In this document: piece by piece, positions 1 through 11,028 of the stretch
Layout: every line of letters begins with the position of its first letter
Numbering within the stretch: position 1 is the stretch's first letter
NCBI GenBank assembly: GCA_965112735.1
Contig: OZ218959.1
Span: 868,001-932,000 of the forward strand
Source: Phaeosaccion multiseriatum
Taxonomy: Eukaryota; Protista; Ochrophyta, other classes
Length of the DNA stretch: 64,000 nt
Direction: 5' to 3'
Notes under the pieces: generated by a model
What the model saw: the letters and a program-made list of their open reading frames with translations, nothing else
Databases searched by the model: none
Told to the model about the DNA's origin: nothing
Position numbers and translations under genes: made by a program

Positions 1-78
1 AATGTGAGTATGTATCACCAACGCGACAACATCTTCTTCCCTGCAACCCGCTATAGTCCTCTTCCTCCATGACCAGGG

Positions 79-3000
79 ATGAAGGAGGCAGGAGAAAATT
101 GTAGCAAGGCTTGTTGGAGTAGGAAGAGGAGGAGAAGCGGCAGAGCCAGCCCAGCAGCAACACCGTTTCTCCTACTGGTGCTTTCCTCCTCCTCAAGGGT
201 TGCTGCCTTCGCTCCCGGCCTTGGGGGGGATTTCTCTGCAGCAGTTAGGGCTCTTGGGCCCCGAGGGTACCACAGCTTCGGCACGGATCGCGTGGGTGGC
301 GAGATCTTGTCGAAGGGCTCTCACTCTCGGACGAGGTCACACCATTCACCTTGCCGTTCTTCAACTTCCTTGTGCGGGGCGGCTTGGGTCGCTACTGCCG
401 CCGGGGGTGCGCTGAGCGGCATCTCGCTTGGGTTGGGGCCTTGGACTACATCCGCGGCTGGTGATGCTGCTCCCGCTGTTCTCGAGGCTCTGCCGCCTGC
501 GTGGATTCCGTTGCTTGGTGGAGCCGTCGTCTTTGCGAGTATGGCCTTCCAGCAGGTGAGACTGCGTAGCGGAAGGACTCCATATATCACCACACCTTTT
601 CTTTGCTCGGCGGATGAGTCTCCTCCAGCACTTTCCCTCTCTTTTCGCGTGTGTATGCGTGTGTTCCCATGTCTCTGGGAAACAAGGCACTAGCGCGTGG
701 CGCACCGGCTCACGGACCTCGAGAGATGGATAAAAAAAAAGTGCAGGAGGGAGTGGAAGGAGTCGACCCCATGGCAAGCCCCGCCCTCTTGGCCGAGGGT
801 GCTTGGGCGTGGCTCGAAGAGGGCCCCTTCGCAGCGAACAGATTGGACGAGGCGACCCCCGCCAGTGTTACGCAGTGGGCAAATTACGGCAGCACCGAGC
901 CGGAAAAGGAGGGTAGTAGCACTGCTGAAGCCGAAGCTGTCCCGGTTTCCCGGAGCAGGAGCTTGACCGTGGAGTCGTGTGTGGACGGCTCAGCCTCGTG
1001 GTTTCCGCTAAGCGTGCTGGTCCCGCTGGGCCTTGGCAACGCTGCTGACGCGGTGGAGGTACTGAGGTACTTCGTAGTACATTACTTTCCGCTGCCTCGT
1101 GCACATACCATTGTAGACACCTGTACTCATGGCCACCTTAGGACTCAGTATCCTTTAATCTTGAGTACGTATGTTCCTTTCTCCTCTTCGTCCATTCCCC
1201 CGCAGCGTCGGTTACGTGCTGCCCCTGTGGCATGATCCCCTCACAGGGGCGCTCCTCTCGTCGCTGGACAAGGAGCTCGTCACGAGGTGAGAGTGAGAGC
1301 TGCACAGTGGGGGCCGAACGAGGCGGTGAACAAAGCCCCACATGTGCCCTTCCTCACCCCCCACCCTGCCCATGCCCCATGTATTGCCCCAGCTCCGTTT
1401 TTCTGGGCATGCTTTGCGGCGGCTTGGCGTCGGGCCTTTGGGCGGACGTGATCGGCCGGCGTCGTGTTCTGCTGCTCTCCCTCGCCGTCAATTCCGTGTT
1501 CGGGGCCCTCTCAGCGCTGGCGACGTCGGTTCCGGAGTTGGTGATATGCAGAGCCATTGCCGGAATAGGAGTCGGCGGGAGCATTCCAAGTGCGTTCATG
1601 GCTTGCATGCCCATTGGGGTATTATATGTTGTGCTTGCCTCGGCCTGTACACACACGCGCGCCTAAGTGCGGAAAAGTAATGGTTGTATCTTGCTTTGTT
1701 GTGCCTGCTCGGGCATGGGCAGGTGTGTTCACTCTGGGGACGGAGCTGTTCCCCACCTCTGTGCGAGGCAAATTGCTCACCGGGATAGCCAGCTTTTGGA
1801 TGGTGGGTGCTCTCTACGCCGCGGGTAAGATACGAGACTGAGCTACTGGAGGGGGGAGGGGAGAAGACGGTGTACCGTCTTTTGGATTTGTCTGTCTCCC
1901 GCTGCTCAGCCGCTCGCTCAATCCCTTCTACGGCTGCGACAACGTCTCGTCTCTGTCGCTGCTGCTCCCACCCCCCTAAACCTGTGATCGCGCTTGTGGA
2001 ATCGGCTCACGAACGGTTCGAAGGCGTGGCCTGGCTCCTCCTCGGAGAGTCTATCAGTGGCGGGCGCATGATGCCAGGAGCGTCTTGGAGGGACTACCTG
2101 CTCCTCACCTCTCTGCCCGCCCTTGCGGCACTGCTGCTCAACGCGTGGTTGGTGCCGGAGTCGCCCCGCTTCCTCTCCAGCAGCGGGGGGGGTGGAGAGG
2201 AAGCAGCAGCATCCCGAGGAGGAGGAGGGAAAGGAGTAGGGGGAGCTGAGAAAGCTGCCCGAGTGCTGAGCTACATGACCGGCGAAAGCGTCTCCACCTC
2301 ACAGCTGCAGGCAGATGCAGAGCACAGCAGCGACAGCGTTAGTGGCAGCACTAGTACGAGTGTCAGTCCATGGGCCGCGGTGCAGAGCGCTGTGGAAGAG
2401 CTCTTCTCCCCCTCCATGGCCAAGACCACGTGCGTGCTCATGGCAGCGTGGTTCCTCCTGAGCTATGGGAGTTACGGCATAGCTGTGTGGAACATGAGCT
2501 TGTTCTCCAACATCGGCCTCGGCAATGCGTACCTCTCCTCCTTTATCTTCGCCGCCTTCAACCTGCCCGGCAACGTGGCGTCTTTCTACGCGGTGGAGAA
2601 GATCGGGCGGAAGGAGGTGAGTGGGGGCTGTATCAGCCGATCTGTCTGTCTCGCTGTTCTCCGCCTTCGTTTTGCATGCACTCATTCCCTCGACTCCCTT
2701 GTTTGAGAGGAAGAGAGAAGGAGGGAATACGTAAAACACACACAAAATAGCTTTTACTCATCCCATCGGACGCATGTACATAGAGAGAGAGCGGGGAGGG
2801 AGAGAGTGAAGGAGTGTTTGATGAGCAGTGGTTTGTGACGAGTCTTGCTTGGTCTGCTTTTCTCTCATTGCCCACTCACACTCCCAAATAAATGCCTCCT
2901 CCCTTCGCTCCCTCCTCTCCCTTCACTCCCTTCACTCCCTTCACTCCCTTCACTCCCTCCACTCTCTTCACTCCCTTCTCTCCCTTCACTCCCTTCACTC

Positions 3001-3668
3001 CCTTCACTCCAGGTGCTGGTGTGGGGCATGGGTCTCGCGGCGGTTTCCAGCACGCTATTTGCGTGTGGGCAGGCGGGCGGGGCGCCCCTCCTCGTGACGG
3101 CGGCAGGACTATTCAACGCCTTTTCGGTGGCGGGCTGGAACGCTCTGGACTGCCTGTCCACCGAGTCCTTCCCTACGAGTGTGCGCACCACGGGCATGGG
3201 CCTCGCTGCGGCCAGCGGACGCTTGGGCTCCATCGCTGCGCAGGTGCGTAGCCTGTAAGCGTAGAGGTGTATGGGGCGGGGAAGAGAGGGAGGGAGATTT
3301 TGAAGCATATGGGGAGGGTGGGGGGGCGGGCGGCAGCACGGGCTTTGAAGGCTCTCACCAGGCGGCGCTGTGCACTGATCAGAGGCCACGGGGGGCACTG
3401 ATGCGATGCATGCCGCAGCAGACAGGCAAGCTGCTCTGCTTCAGAGCCCTTGACTTGCTTTGCCGACCCTCTTTGCTCCTCGAACTCTCGCTCGGCTTCT
3501 TGCCACCTGCTATGTGCGACGTTGAAGGTGGTGAACGGCAATCTGGAGCAGGATGTGGGCTTGCTGCTCCTAGTGACCTCCGGCCTGACTTTGCTGGGCT
3601 CTCTCGTGTGCGCAATGCTGCCCAGCGACACTCGAGGCCGCTCGTTGGACGAGAGACTGACTGACTGA
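79..3668 (+). CDS. MFS transporter, SV2/SVOP-like, with N-terminal plastid-type targeting extension (spliced; exons approx. 79-555, 687-1066, 1206-1287, 1393-1588, 1723-1824, 2024-2616, 3013-3243, 3529-3668)
   Basis: The spliced translation gives LGNAADAVEVLSVGYVLP, MFS motif A (GLWADVIGRR), ICRAIAGIGVGG, ELFP, VPESPRFL, a second motif A (AVEKIGRK) and TESFPTSVRTTGMG..GRLGSI. GT-AG junctions keep the frame. The N-terminus is hydrophobic and followed by AA-FAP. Confidence 0.85.
2920..3010 (+). repeat. 9-bp (CCTTCACTC)n minisatellite abutting an intron acceptor
   Basis: Tandem repeat seen directly, ending at the AG at 3011-3012. Confidence 0.9.
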
Positions 3669-4884
3669 CAGACAGACTTGACGATACGAGGCGGCGCAAA
3701 CGGGGCGGGCATATGTTCGGCCGACAGAGAAGCCCAGTGTAGTGTGTGCTCCGGCTCTCTTCTTCTCTGTCGGTCTTCAGGGACCTCTGTTTGCGACGCG
3801 GAAGAGAGTAACGCAGTCTCGCAGCTCCAAGCGGAGCTGGCAGGAGGCGGGGAGGCGGGGGAAAGAGCGCCGTGATGCCCTTTTCTTGCGACATTCGACC
3901 GTCGCAGCCGCAACGGGGTCTGCACGGCTGCAGCTGGGGGCGGCCACTGAGTGGAGAGCTTTCTTCTTTCAAGCGAAGACCCTTCGAGCCACCGCCCCCC
4001 GGGAAGGCTGACTCGGATGGTGTGGAGCAGCAGCAGCCCAAGACGGCCGCAGCGGCAGCTCTGCACTCCTCTCCTGCCCTGCTCTGCCCGTGTGTCTCTG
4101 CCCTGCCCTACCTCACGCAGAGAAGGGGCACAAACGACGAAGCCAGCTTAACCGATGGCAGTCAATGGCGATGCCAGTCATGGCCTTTGGGCGGAGGGCT
4201 GGGGCGCACCAGCTCCATCAATGGCAGAGACAGAGACAGAGCGTAGAGACAGAGCGCGGTGGCGTGACGTGATGCGCTCACTGCATGATTGTTTGCACAC
4301 AGGACGATTAACGTGGCAGCACCACAGTACAAAACGAGACAGCTGACATTACTCTCGCGGCTCACCGCCAACCCACCATAAAATATACAATTTCAGTTTC
4401 GGGATCAACTCGCTTCGAAGGTGAGGAGCCGTTGGAGCTGTTGGCAAGCTGAGGATCTTCCTGAGGGTCTTCCTCGGTCGCCAGCTTTGTTGTCGGACCC
4501 CCCCTCTCGTGAGCTCACCAACTCACGGCAGTTTGTTGGGGCGCAGAACCATCGGCTCCAGACTGGACAATTGGCAAGAGCCAGGCGTAGGCCGGCCAAT
4601 TTCTCCCTCTAGGCTGGCGGTTCTAGGCCTCTAGGCCTTTCCCCTCCTCCCCCCCCCCGGGTCGCCTGACACTGGGGTATGCTCATAAAGTGGTGGGGGG
4701 GGGGTCTATTGGGTTAACTCGCAGGACCGCGTACGTACTTGGGGTAACAAGCCAGTCATCCAACACCCTTACGTAAGCATATATGCAGGGGAATTTGGGC
4801 CCTATTTTGAGCTGCCGCTACAGGAGCGACTGCAGGGCCGCAATGGCCGAGAAGTCGATCAGCAAGGAGGTGATGCCCTTTCTC

Positions 4885-5590
4885 GAGGGAGGGGGAGGGA
4901 GGGAGGGAGGGAGGGAGGGAGGGAGGGAGGGAGGGAGGGAGGGAGGGAGGGAGGGAGGGAGGGAGGGAGGGAGGGAGGGAGGGAGGGAGGGAGGGAGGGA
5001 GGGAGGGAGGGAGGGAGGGAGGGAGGGAGGGAGGGAGGGAGGGAGGGAGGGAGGGAGGGAGGGAGGGAGGGAGGGAGGGAGGGAGGGAGGGAGGGAGGGA
5101 GGGAGGGAGGGAGGGAGGGAGGGAGGGAGGGAGGGAGGGAGGGAGGGAGGGAGGGAGGGAGGGAGGGAGGGAGGGAGGGAGGGAGGGAGGGAGGGAGGGA
5201 GGGAGGGAGGGAGGGAGGGAGGGAGGGAGGGAGGGAGGGAGGGAGGGAGGGAGGGAGGGAGGGAGGGAGGGAGGGAGGGAGGGAGGGAGGGAGGGAGGGA
5301 GGGAGGGAGGGAGGGAGGGAGGGAGGGAGGGAGGGAGGGAGGGAGGGAGGGAGGGAGGGAGGGAGGGAGGGAGGGAGGGAGGGAGGGAGGGAGGGAGGGA
5401 GGGAGGGAGGGAGGGAGGGAGGGAGGGAGGGAGGGAGGGAGGGAGGGAGGGAGGGAGGGAGGGAGGGAGGGAGGGAGGGAGGGAGGGAGGGAGGGAGGGA
5501 GGGAGGGAGGGAGGGAGGGAGGGAGGGAGGGAGGGAGGGAGGGAGGGAGGGAGGGAGGGAGGGAGGGAGGGAGGGAGGGAGGGAGGGAGG
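4885..5590 (+). repeat. Near-perfect (GGGA)n microsatellite, about 700 bp
   Basis: Seen directly; uninterrupted from about 4893 to 5590. Confidence 0.98.
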
Positions 5591-5969
5591 TTCGAATCTC
5601 ACATTGTCACATTACAAACCCAGCAGGGACAAACTGAAATTTTCGACAGTTGAGGTTTGGGGGGGGGGAGCGAGGCGTGCCACAAAAGCAGCTAAAAGCA
5701 GCACCCACAGGGAAAGACGCCTCACGGTAAGAAGAGGAGGGATTACGTACACTCAGAGAAGCACGCCACACAAAAAAGGGAGCAGTAGCGGCAGCTGCAA
5801 CAGGCAGGAGGTCGATTTTCATCTAATCGGAAGGCAAATCCCGAGGAGCGTGTAAGCTCACAGCCACACAGCAGAGGGCAGCAGCAACAGCCAGCAGGCA
5901 AGTCTCCTCAGTGGGGGGAGAATAGCTCTCAGCTGCACGTCGTGGATCGCGTCTCTGTCACCACCAGAC

Positions 5970-6962
5970 ATGAGGAGGACGGCTCGTTTGCCCCAAACTG
6001 TGGGTGAAAAAGATAAAGAAAACAGCACGGGGAGAGCGAGGGAGAACGAGCACTCTGGGTATCATGATGCACCTTGTTCTATGGGGTTGTCGGGTGAGGT
6101 CGTGACGCCCGAGCCGCTCAACGATGAACACCAACAACCAATTCTGGGCTGGCGGATGATGATGGGCCCAGAAAGACTCAGCATGCAAGATCGGCTGCTT
6201 TTCCTCCGCCCAAGCCCCTGGGATCCTATGGAGATTGCAGGTGTGATTGAGGACGGAGGAACGCATTGGAGACAGGAGCAGTACGTACACTTTTCCTCGC
6301 CACCGGGAGAGAACTGGAGCTCTGAGATAAACCAGAGGGAGGGCCTGTGCTTCAAGCTCCTAAACGCCCACGACACTGCCGACATCACCTACGGTCTCGA
6401 AGCCACGTCCAACAGCAACTTCAACACTGGAGACTTTACCTACGCTGTCAGCGTCAAGACCGGCAACATATTCGGCATCACCATGAGTACACGTGGGGAC
6501 CCCAAGAGCCACCGCATTCGCTCCGTTGACTCCCCGTGTGTCGACAGGTGGCTTTGGGTGCCTCCAGATGTGCGTGAGTATTGCGAGGTTCTGCTCCCCC
6601 GCATAATGTCCCCTTCACAAGGCCGACGCACCATCTCCGGGCTCCCTTCAAGTTGGGGCAGTGGGGAGCATGAGCACCTCGCTTTGCCCTCGACTCCTGC
6701 CGCTCCCAATGAGGACCTCACTTCTCAGTACTACGGCTCCTGGCCCACCGACAAGGAGCTCAGAGGGGCTTTGCCCAAGGAGCTGCTGCTGGACGATATG
6801 AAGGGCATGGCGACGAAGGTGATACAAGAGTCCACACGACTTGAGCTCATTTCAGAGCGGAACGAGGTGAACCCCACGGTGGAGAGGACCGTCACCAGAA
6901 TCCTCCGAAGCCAGGCGGGCAAGAAGAATGGCAGAGGAGGGAGCACGAGGACGACGCTTTGA
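5970..6962 (+). CDS. Intronless unknown protein (330 aa) of the repeat family, with a probable frameshift near the 3' end
   Basis: Shares ordered blocks with the 50203-51405 product: DKEN; GLC..TY..S..TG.IF..T.S.R; PS.W...E.EHLA; WP; L.LI..RN.V.PT; QA.KK. An alternative frame at about 6941-6982 reads EHEDDALMECVFP*, matching EEEEDALVESFLA* of copy 2. Confidence 0.65.
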   Translation: MRRTARLPQTVGEKDKENSTGRARENEHSGYHDAPCSMGLSGEVVTPEPLNDEHQQPILGWRMMMGPERLSMQDRLLFLRPSPWDPMEIAGVIEDGGTHWRQEQYVHFSSPPGENWSSEINQREGLCFKLLNAHDTADITYGLEATSNSNFNTGDFTYAVSVKTGNIFGITMSTRGDPKSHRIRSVDSPCVDRWLWVPPDVREYCEVLLPRIMSPSQGRRTISGLPSSWGSGEHEHLALPSTPAAPNEDLTSQYYGSWPTDKELRGALPKELLLDDMKGMATKVIQESTRLELISERNEVNPTVERTVTRILRSQAGKKNGRGGSTRTTL

Positions 6963-7253
6963 TGGAGTGCGTCTTTCCTTAGTCAGCGGCCGCCAGGAGG
7001 AGCAAGGCCAGCGGGGAGAGCGAAGCGCAGCTTGGCTCAGCCTCTCAACTCTCTGGCCTTCCTTGGCTGTCTGACTGCCTCACGGGCCACTCCACGACTA
7101 CACGACGCGCCGCCCACGGCCGATACACGCACGACCGGGCTGAGCGACTGGAGGGGGGGGGGGTGGACCAACTTCGAGCACACCACGGGATGGAGGAAGA
7201 GCGGGCTTGACTTTGCTCGCGCTCCTCCCGCCGCTAAGCTCGGAGAGCCAAAG

Positions 7254-7440
7254 TTTAGGGTACAGTTTAGGGAAGGGGATGGGTTGTGGGGTAGGGGATA
7301 AGGGAATTGGGTATGGGGTATTGGGTAACGGGTATGGGGTAGTGGGTATCGGGTATTGGGCAGGCAGAGAGTATGTAAGGAGATGGGGGACACGGTATTG
7401 GGTATTTGGTCTTGGGTATTGGGTATTGGATATTGGGTAC
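7254..7440 (+). repeat. Telomere-like, G-quadruplex-prone array: TTTAGGG x2 followed by degenerate (GGGTAnn)n
   Basis: Seen directly; 7-nt periodicity of GGG tracts; homologous array on the minus strand at 49800-49975. Confidence 0.85.
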
Positions 7441-7762
7441 GCCGAGGATAGGGTCAGGACGTACATCCACTGCACGCACGCACCCACAAGAGGGGTGGTA
7501 TCTCAGCCAGGGTGGGCCATCAGAGGCCTACCAACGGCAGAGAAAGAGCGGCGGTGAGTTGACCTTGATGTGCACCGTGCGACCCTTTTTGCGTTTTGGT
7601 TTGGACCTGACTGAGCTTCGTAAAGAGCGAGTGAACTCTTGGGCAGTAAGCACGGGAGGAGTATAGTTCCAGCAAAATCTTCCTTGCTGGAGGGCGCATC
7701 CTTCCCGTTAGACAATGAAACCTTCGTCTCAACGGCCGGTACCTGCCCAGACCCCACCTCCC

Positions 7763-10700
7763 TCACATGCTGAACTCCGATGCCACCATCCTTGCCGACT
7801 TGCCCGCCCCCTTGATCTTCTTTCCGCCCCCGCTGCGATCGTTTCTGTCGTGCCTCTCCTTCCTCTTGCGGCCCCCCTGCGGGCGCGCTTTGATGGAGGT
7901 GGGGGCGTCTTTGAGCCCGAAGCTCCTCGCCACGTGTCCGATGTGCAAGCTGCGCACTTGAAAGATGTGCTTGCAGTCCGCTGCGTGCGTGGCGTAGGCG
8001 CGCACGTGGCTCTGAAAGGCCATGCGGGAGGCCTCCAGTAGGTACCTGTCCTTCTCCACGACGCGCTGGAGGCTCAGCTGCAGCTCGTAGGCCACCTGCT
8101 CGTCCGCCCTCCGGCCCTCGTGCCAGGGCTGTGCACACGCTCGCAGGACCGCTTCAAGCCCCAGGGGCCGCGGCTTGAGGCCATGCTTCTGCAGGAGGGG
8201 CAGGTAGTCCTTCTCGGCCGGGGTCAGGAACAGGAGAGAACTCCCCTTCTCGCCCTTCCGCGCCGTCCGCCCCACGCGGTGGACGTAGTCCGACGTTTCC
8301 ACGGGCGGGTCGTACTGCACAATCCAGCCAACGGTGGGCAGGTCCAGCCCGCGGGCAGCCACGTCCGTGCAGAGCAGCACCCCGCTGTCGCACGCTTCAA
8401 AGCTGCGGTACGCCACAAGGCGATCGGCCTGCGCCACGTTGCCGTGCAGGCGACACACCATCACGTCCGCACCGAACAGGCTGCGCTTGCTCACGCTGCT
8501 CCTGCGGCTGAGCTTCTTTGCCTTGACCCCCTCTCCCTCTCCGTCGCTGCTGCCGCCCTCCTCCTCCTCCTCCTCGTCCTCTCCATACCCGTCGCCGTAG
8601 CCATTTACGCCCCCCCCGCCCTGCTGGTCATCACTGACAGCCTTGTCGGGCCACTTGGCGGAGGAGAAGAGGAGGTGGTGGAAGTCCACCGCGTCGCAAG
8701 TGGAGAAGAACACCACCACTTTGCTGTGCGCGTGCTTGCGCAGGAAGGCGCACAGAGCGGCCAGGCGGAGCTTCTGCGTCACCATCATGTACTGCTGCAC
8801 GAGCTGCTGCGGCGTCTGGTACGAGCGATTCGTGCTCCCCATCTCTGTGTCGTTCTCCCCTTCATCACCATCCCCCCCTCCTCCTCCTCCTGCGTCTCCT
8901 CCCCCTACTGCTCCGTCTCCTTCCTTCTCGCTCACCACTGCTGCCGTAGCCATGCGTGATGGAATGCCCTTGCCGTCTACTCTAAAGAGAATCTGCCGAT
9001 CCGAGTCCACCAAAACGTGATGCCCGAGCACCTTGGTGGCGAACTTGGACAGGCCCGGCGAGAGAGTGGCGCTGCACAGTACCATTGACCTCTTCCTGTT
9101 GCTACCCCCTTCCCCTCCGCTGCTCGAAGCTTGACCTGCGCCTTCGAACTGTTTGTCCCTCCTCCACGCCACGATGCCCCCCAGCAACTCAAGGATCTCC
9201 TCCACTTGCTTCTCAAAGCCCAAGTCGAGCAGCCTATCTGCCTCGTCGAACACGGCCCAGCGCAGCCGGTCAGTCTCGAATCTCTTGGTAGTCTGCAGGT
9301 GGTCTCTCAGCCTGCCCGGTGTGGACACAACAATGTTTATGCCCTTGCGAATGCGACTCTTCTCCGCCTTCTTCTTCTCCCCCCCCGTGATGAGGCCCGG
9401 CACGAGCCAGATGAAGGGCCGCAGTAACCGCTCGAGCACCTCGAAGATTTGTAACGCCAGCTCGCGGGTGGGCGCAAGCACCACGGCATATGCGCCGTCT
9501 TTCCGCGACACCTGCATTGTCGGGCATCGTTTGGGGGGGGGGGGGGGGGGTAGAGCAAGCAAACGTCAGGCTTCGGTTGATGAGCAGGAAGTGTCGTGAG
9601 AAGTACACGCACACACAGGAGGCGCAGAGAAGATGAAGATGCCCCCTCCCCTGCGACAGCCAAACCGACCTGCGGCGTCATGGAGGCGAGATCGTTGATG
9701 ACAGGCAGCAGGTAGGCAAGCGTCTTGCCCGACCCCGTCTCGGACTTGACCACCGCGTTGTGCCCCTCGCACAGCACGGGAAGGGCCGCGCTCTGACACA
9801 CGGTGGGGCTGCACAGGGCCAGACCCCTCCCCTCCGCCTTGGGGGCCGCAAGGTAAGAGGCCATGCGCTCGATGAGGCCGAGCTCGAGGAAGGTCACGTC
9901 GCGGCTGAACACGTGCTCGCTGCGGCGGGTGGGCAGCGGGGTGGCGGAGGAGTGGCGGGAAAGCTCTCGCGGCCGGGCGTAGTGCGTCTTGAGATGCTCC
10001 TCGCTGGGGGCGGCCATGCTGGGGTTTTGGTTCTTACGGCTCCTTGCCTGAGGAGGCTGCGGTGGCGTCTGGGCCGGTGACTGCTGTCTGTGCTGCTGCT
10101 GCTGCTGCTGCTGCTGATTGTCGCCGCTGTTGTCATCATCTTCACTGCTGTCCTCAGCACCACTGCTCACGTGGTCCTGCCGCGGTGCGTCTTGCTGTGG
10201 CGATTGCTTTTGTGTCTCGTTCCTGCTCTTACCCATGGGCTTGTAGCTCTGATTCTGCTTGGGCTTGGCGGGTCTCGGTGCAGGTAACGTCCTCTCCTTG
10301 AGTAGCCCGCCCAGAATGTCCAGGGCCTTGCTCTTCTCCGCCTTGAGATCAACCTCCGCCTCCTCCCCCTGATGTGTCTCCTGCTCTCCCGCTCCATCAC
10401 CAGGGGCACCGGCATCGTCCTCCTCATCGTCGTCATCTTCGTCCCACCACTGCTTCACGCCGGGAGCGCCAATCTTCACGGGACCCGCGGCAGCTCTCTG
10501 CTTTGCTACAGCCTTAAGAGGCCCTCGATCAACACGCTTCCCCGCTTCTGGTAGCGGGACCGTCTGCTGCTGCTGATTTTGTGGCTGTGAGCTGCCTCGC
10601 TTGTGGGCGCTTGGCTCCCCTTGCTGCAGGCTCTCCTCCTCCTCTTCCTCCTGTACTTGCCGCTGCTGCTGCCGCTGCTGTGAAGGAACCCCCTTCTTCT

Positions 10701-10878
10701 TCCTCTGCTGGTGCTGGTGCTGCTGCTGCTTCTGCTGCTGTTGTGACTGCTCAGGATCCCGGGCCTTGTGGGTGGCCTTTTGCCTCTTCTTCTTCACCAC
10801 TCGTCCATGCCTCCCCCGCTGCTGCGTCTTGGACGGGCCAGCAGCGACAGCCCCAGAGGACACCAGGTTCAGCTCCAT
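7763..10878 (-). CDS. DBP7: DEAD-box RNA helicase DBP7/DDX31 (exons 10878-9670, 9511-7763)
   Basis: Q-motif PTVCQ, SETGSGKT, PTRELA, GGEKKKAEKSRIRKG, TPGRL, DEADRLLDLGF, SAT, HRVGRTAR, and C-terminal AFQSHVRAYATH..HIGHVARSFGL typical of Dbp7. Confidence 0.92.
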
Positions 10879-11028
10879 CGTGAAGACCAGCAGGACGCTC
10901 CGAAGAGGGGTCCTAATTTATGTCATCCCAGCCCTTGAGAAGCCCGCGAAGTTTGGACCAAGTTCGCCACCATGAGACGGCGGAAACCGGGCATTTGATC
11001 CTCGCCCGATTACCAAATCACACAGACG

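Larger units (their letters stand above)
5640..7670 (+). mobile_element. Copy 1 of an unclassified repeat family (ORF plus conserved G-rich non-coding tail); boundaries approximate
   Basis: 6950-7670 is collinear with the reverse complement of 49600-50235 and with 41230-41660. The ORF is homologous to 50203-51405. Mobility is inferred from the dispersed copies in both orientations. Confidence 0.65.

Noticed and set aside
3672-4620. Overlapping 100-300 aa ORFs downstream of the MFS gene
   Set aside because: No domain signal; probably 3' UTR or intergenic GC-rich sequence.
4783-5637. 284-aa GGRE-repeat and 247-aa PPSL-repeat ORFs
   Set aside because: They are translations of the (GGGA)n microsatellite, not genes.
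7505-7635. Hammerhead ribozyme in the element tail (CTGATGG on the minus strand; CTGACTGAG near 7607)
   Set aside because: A complete CUGANGA...GAAA core with matching stems could not be assembled in both copies.
7668-7712. Helitron 3' end (hairpin TCCAGCAA..TTGCTGGA)
   Set aside because: No CTRR terminus at the expected spacing, and the hairpin is not seen in copies 2 or 3.
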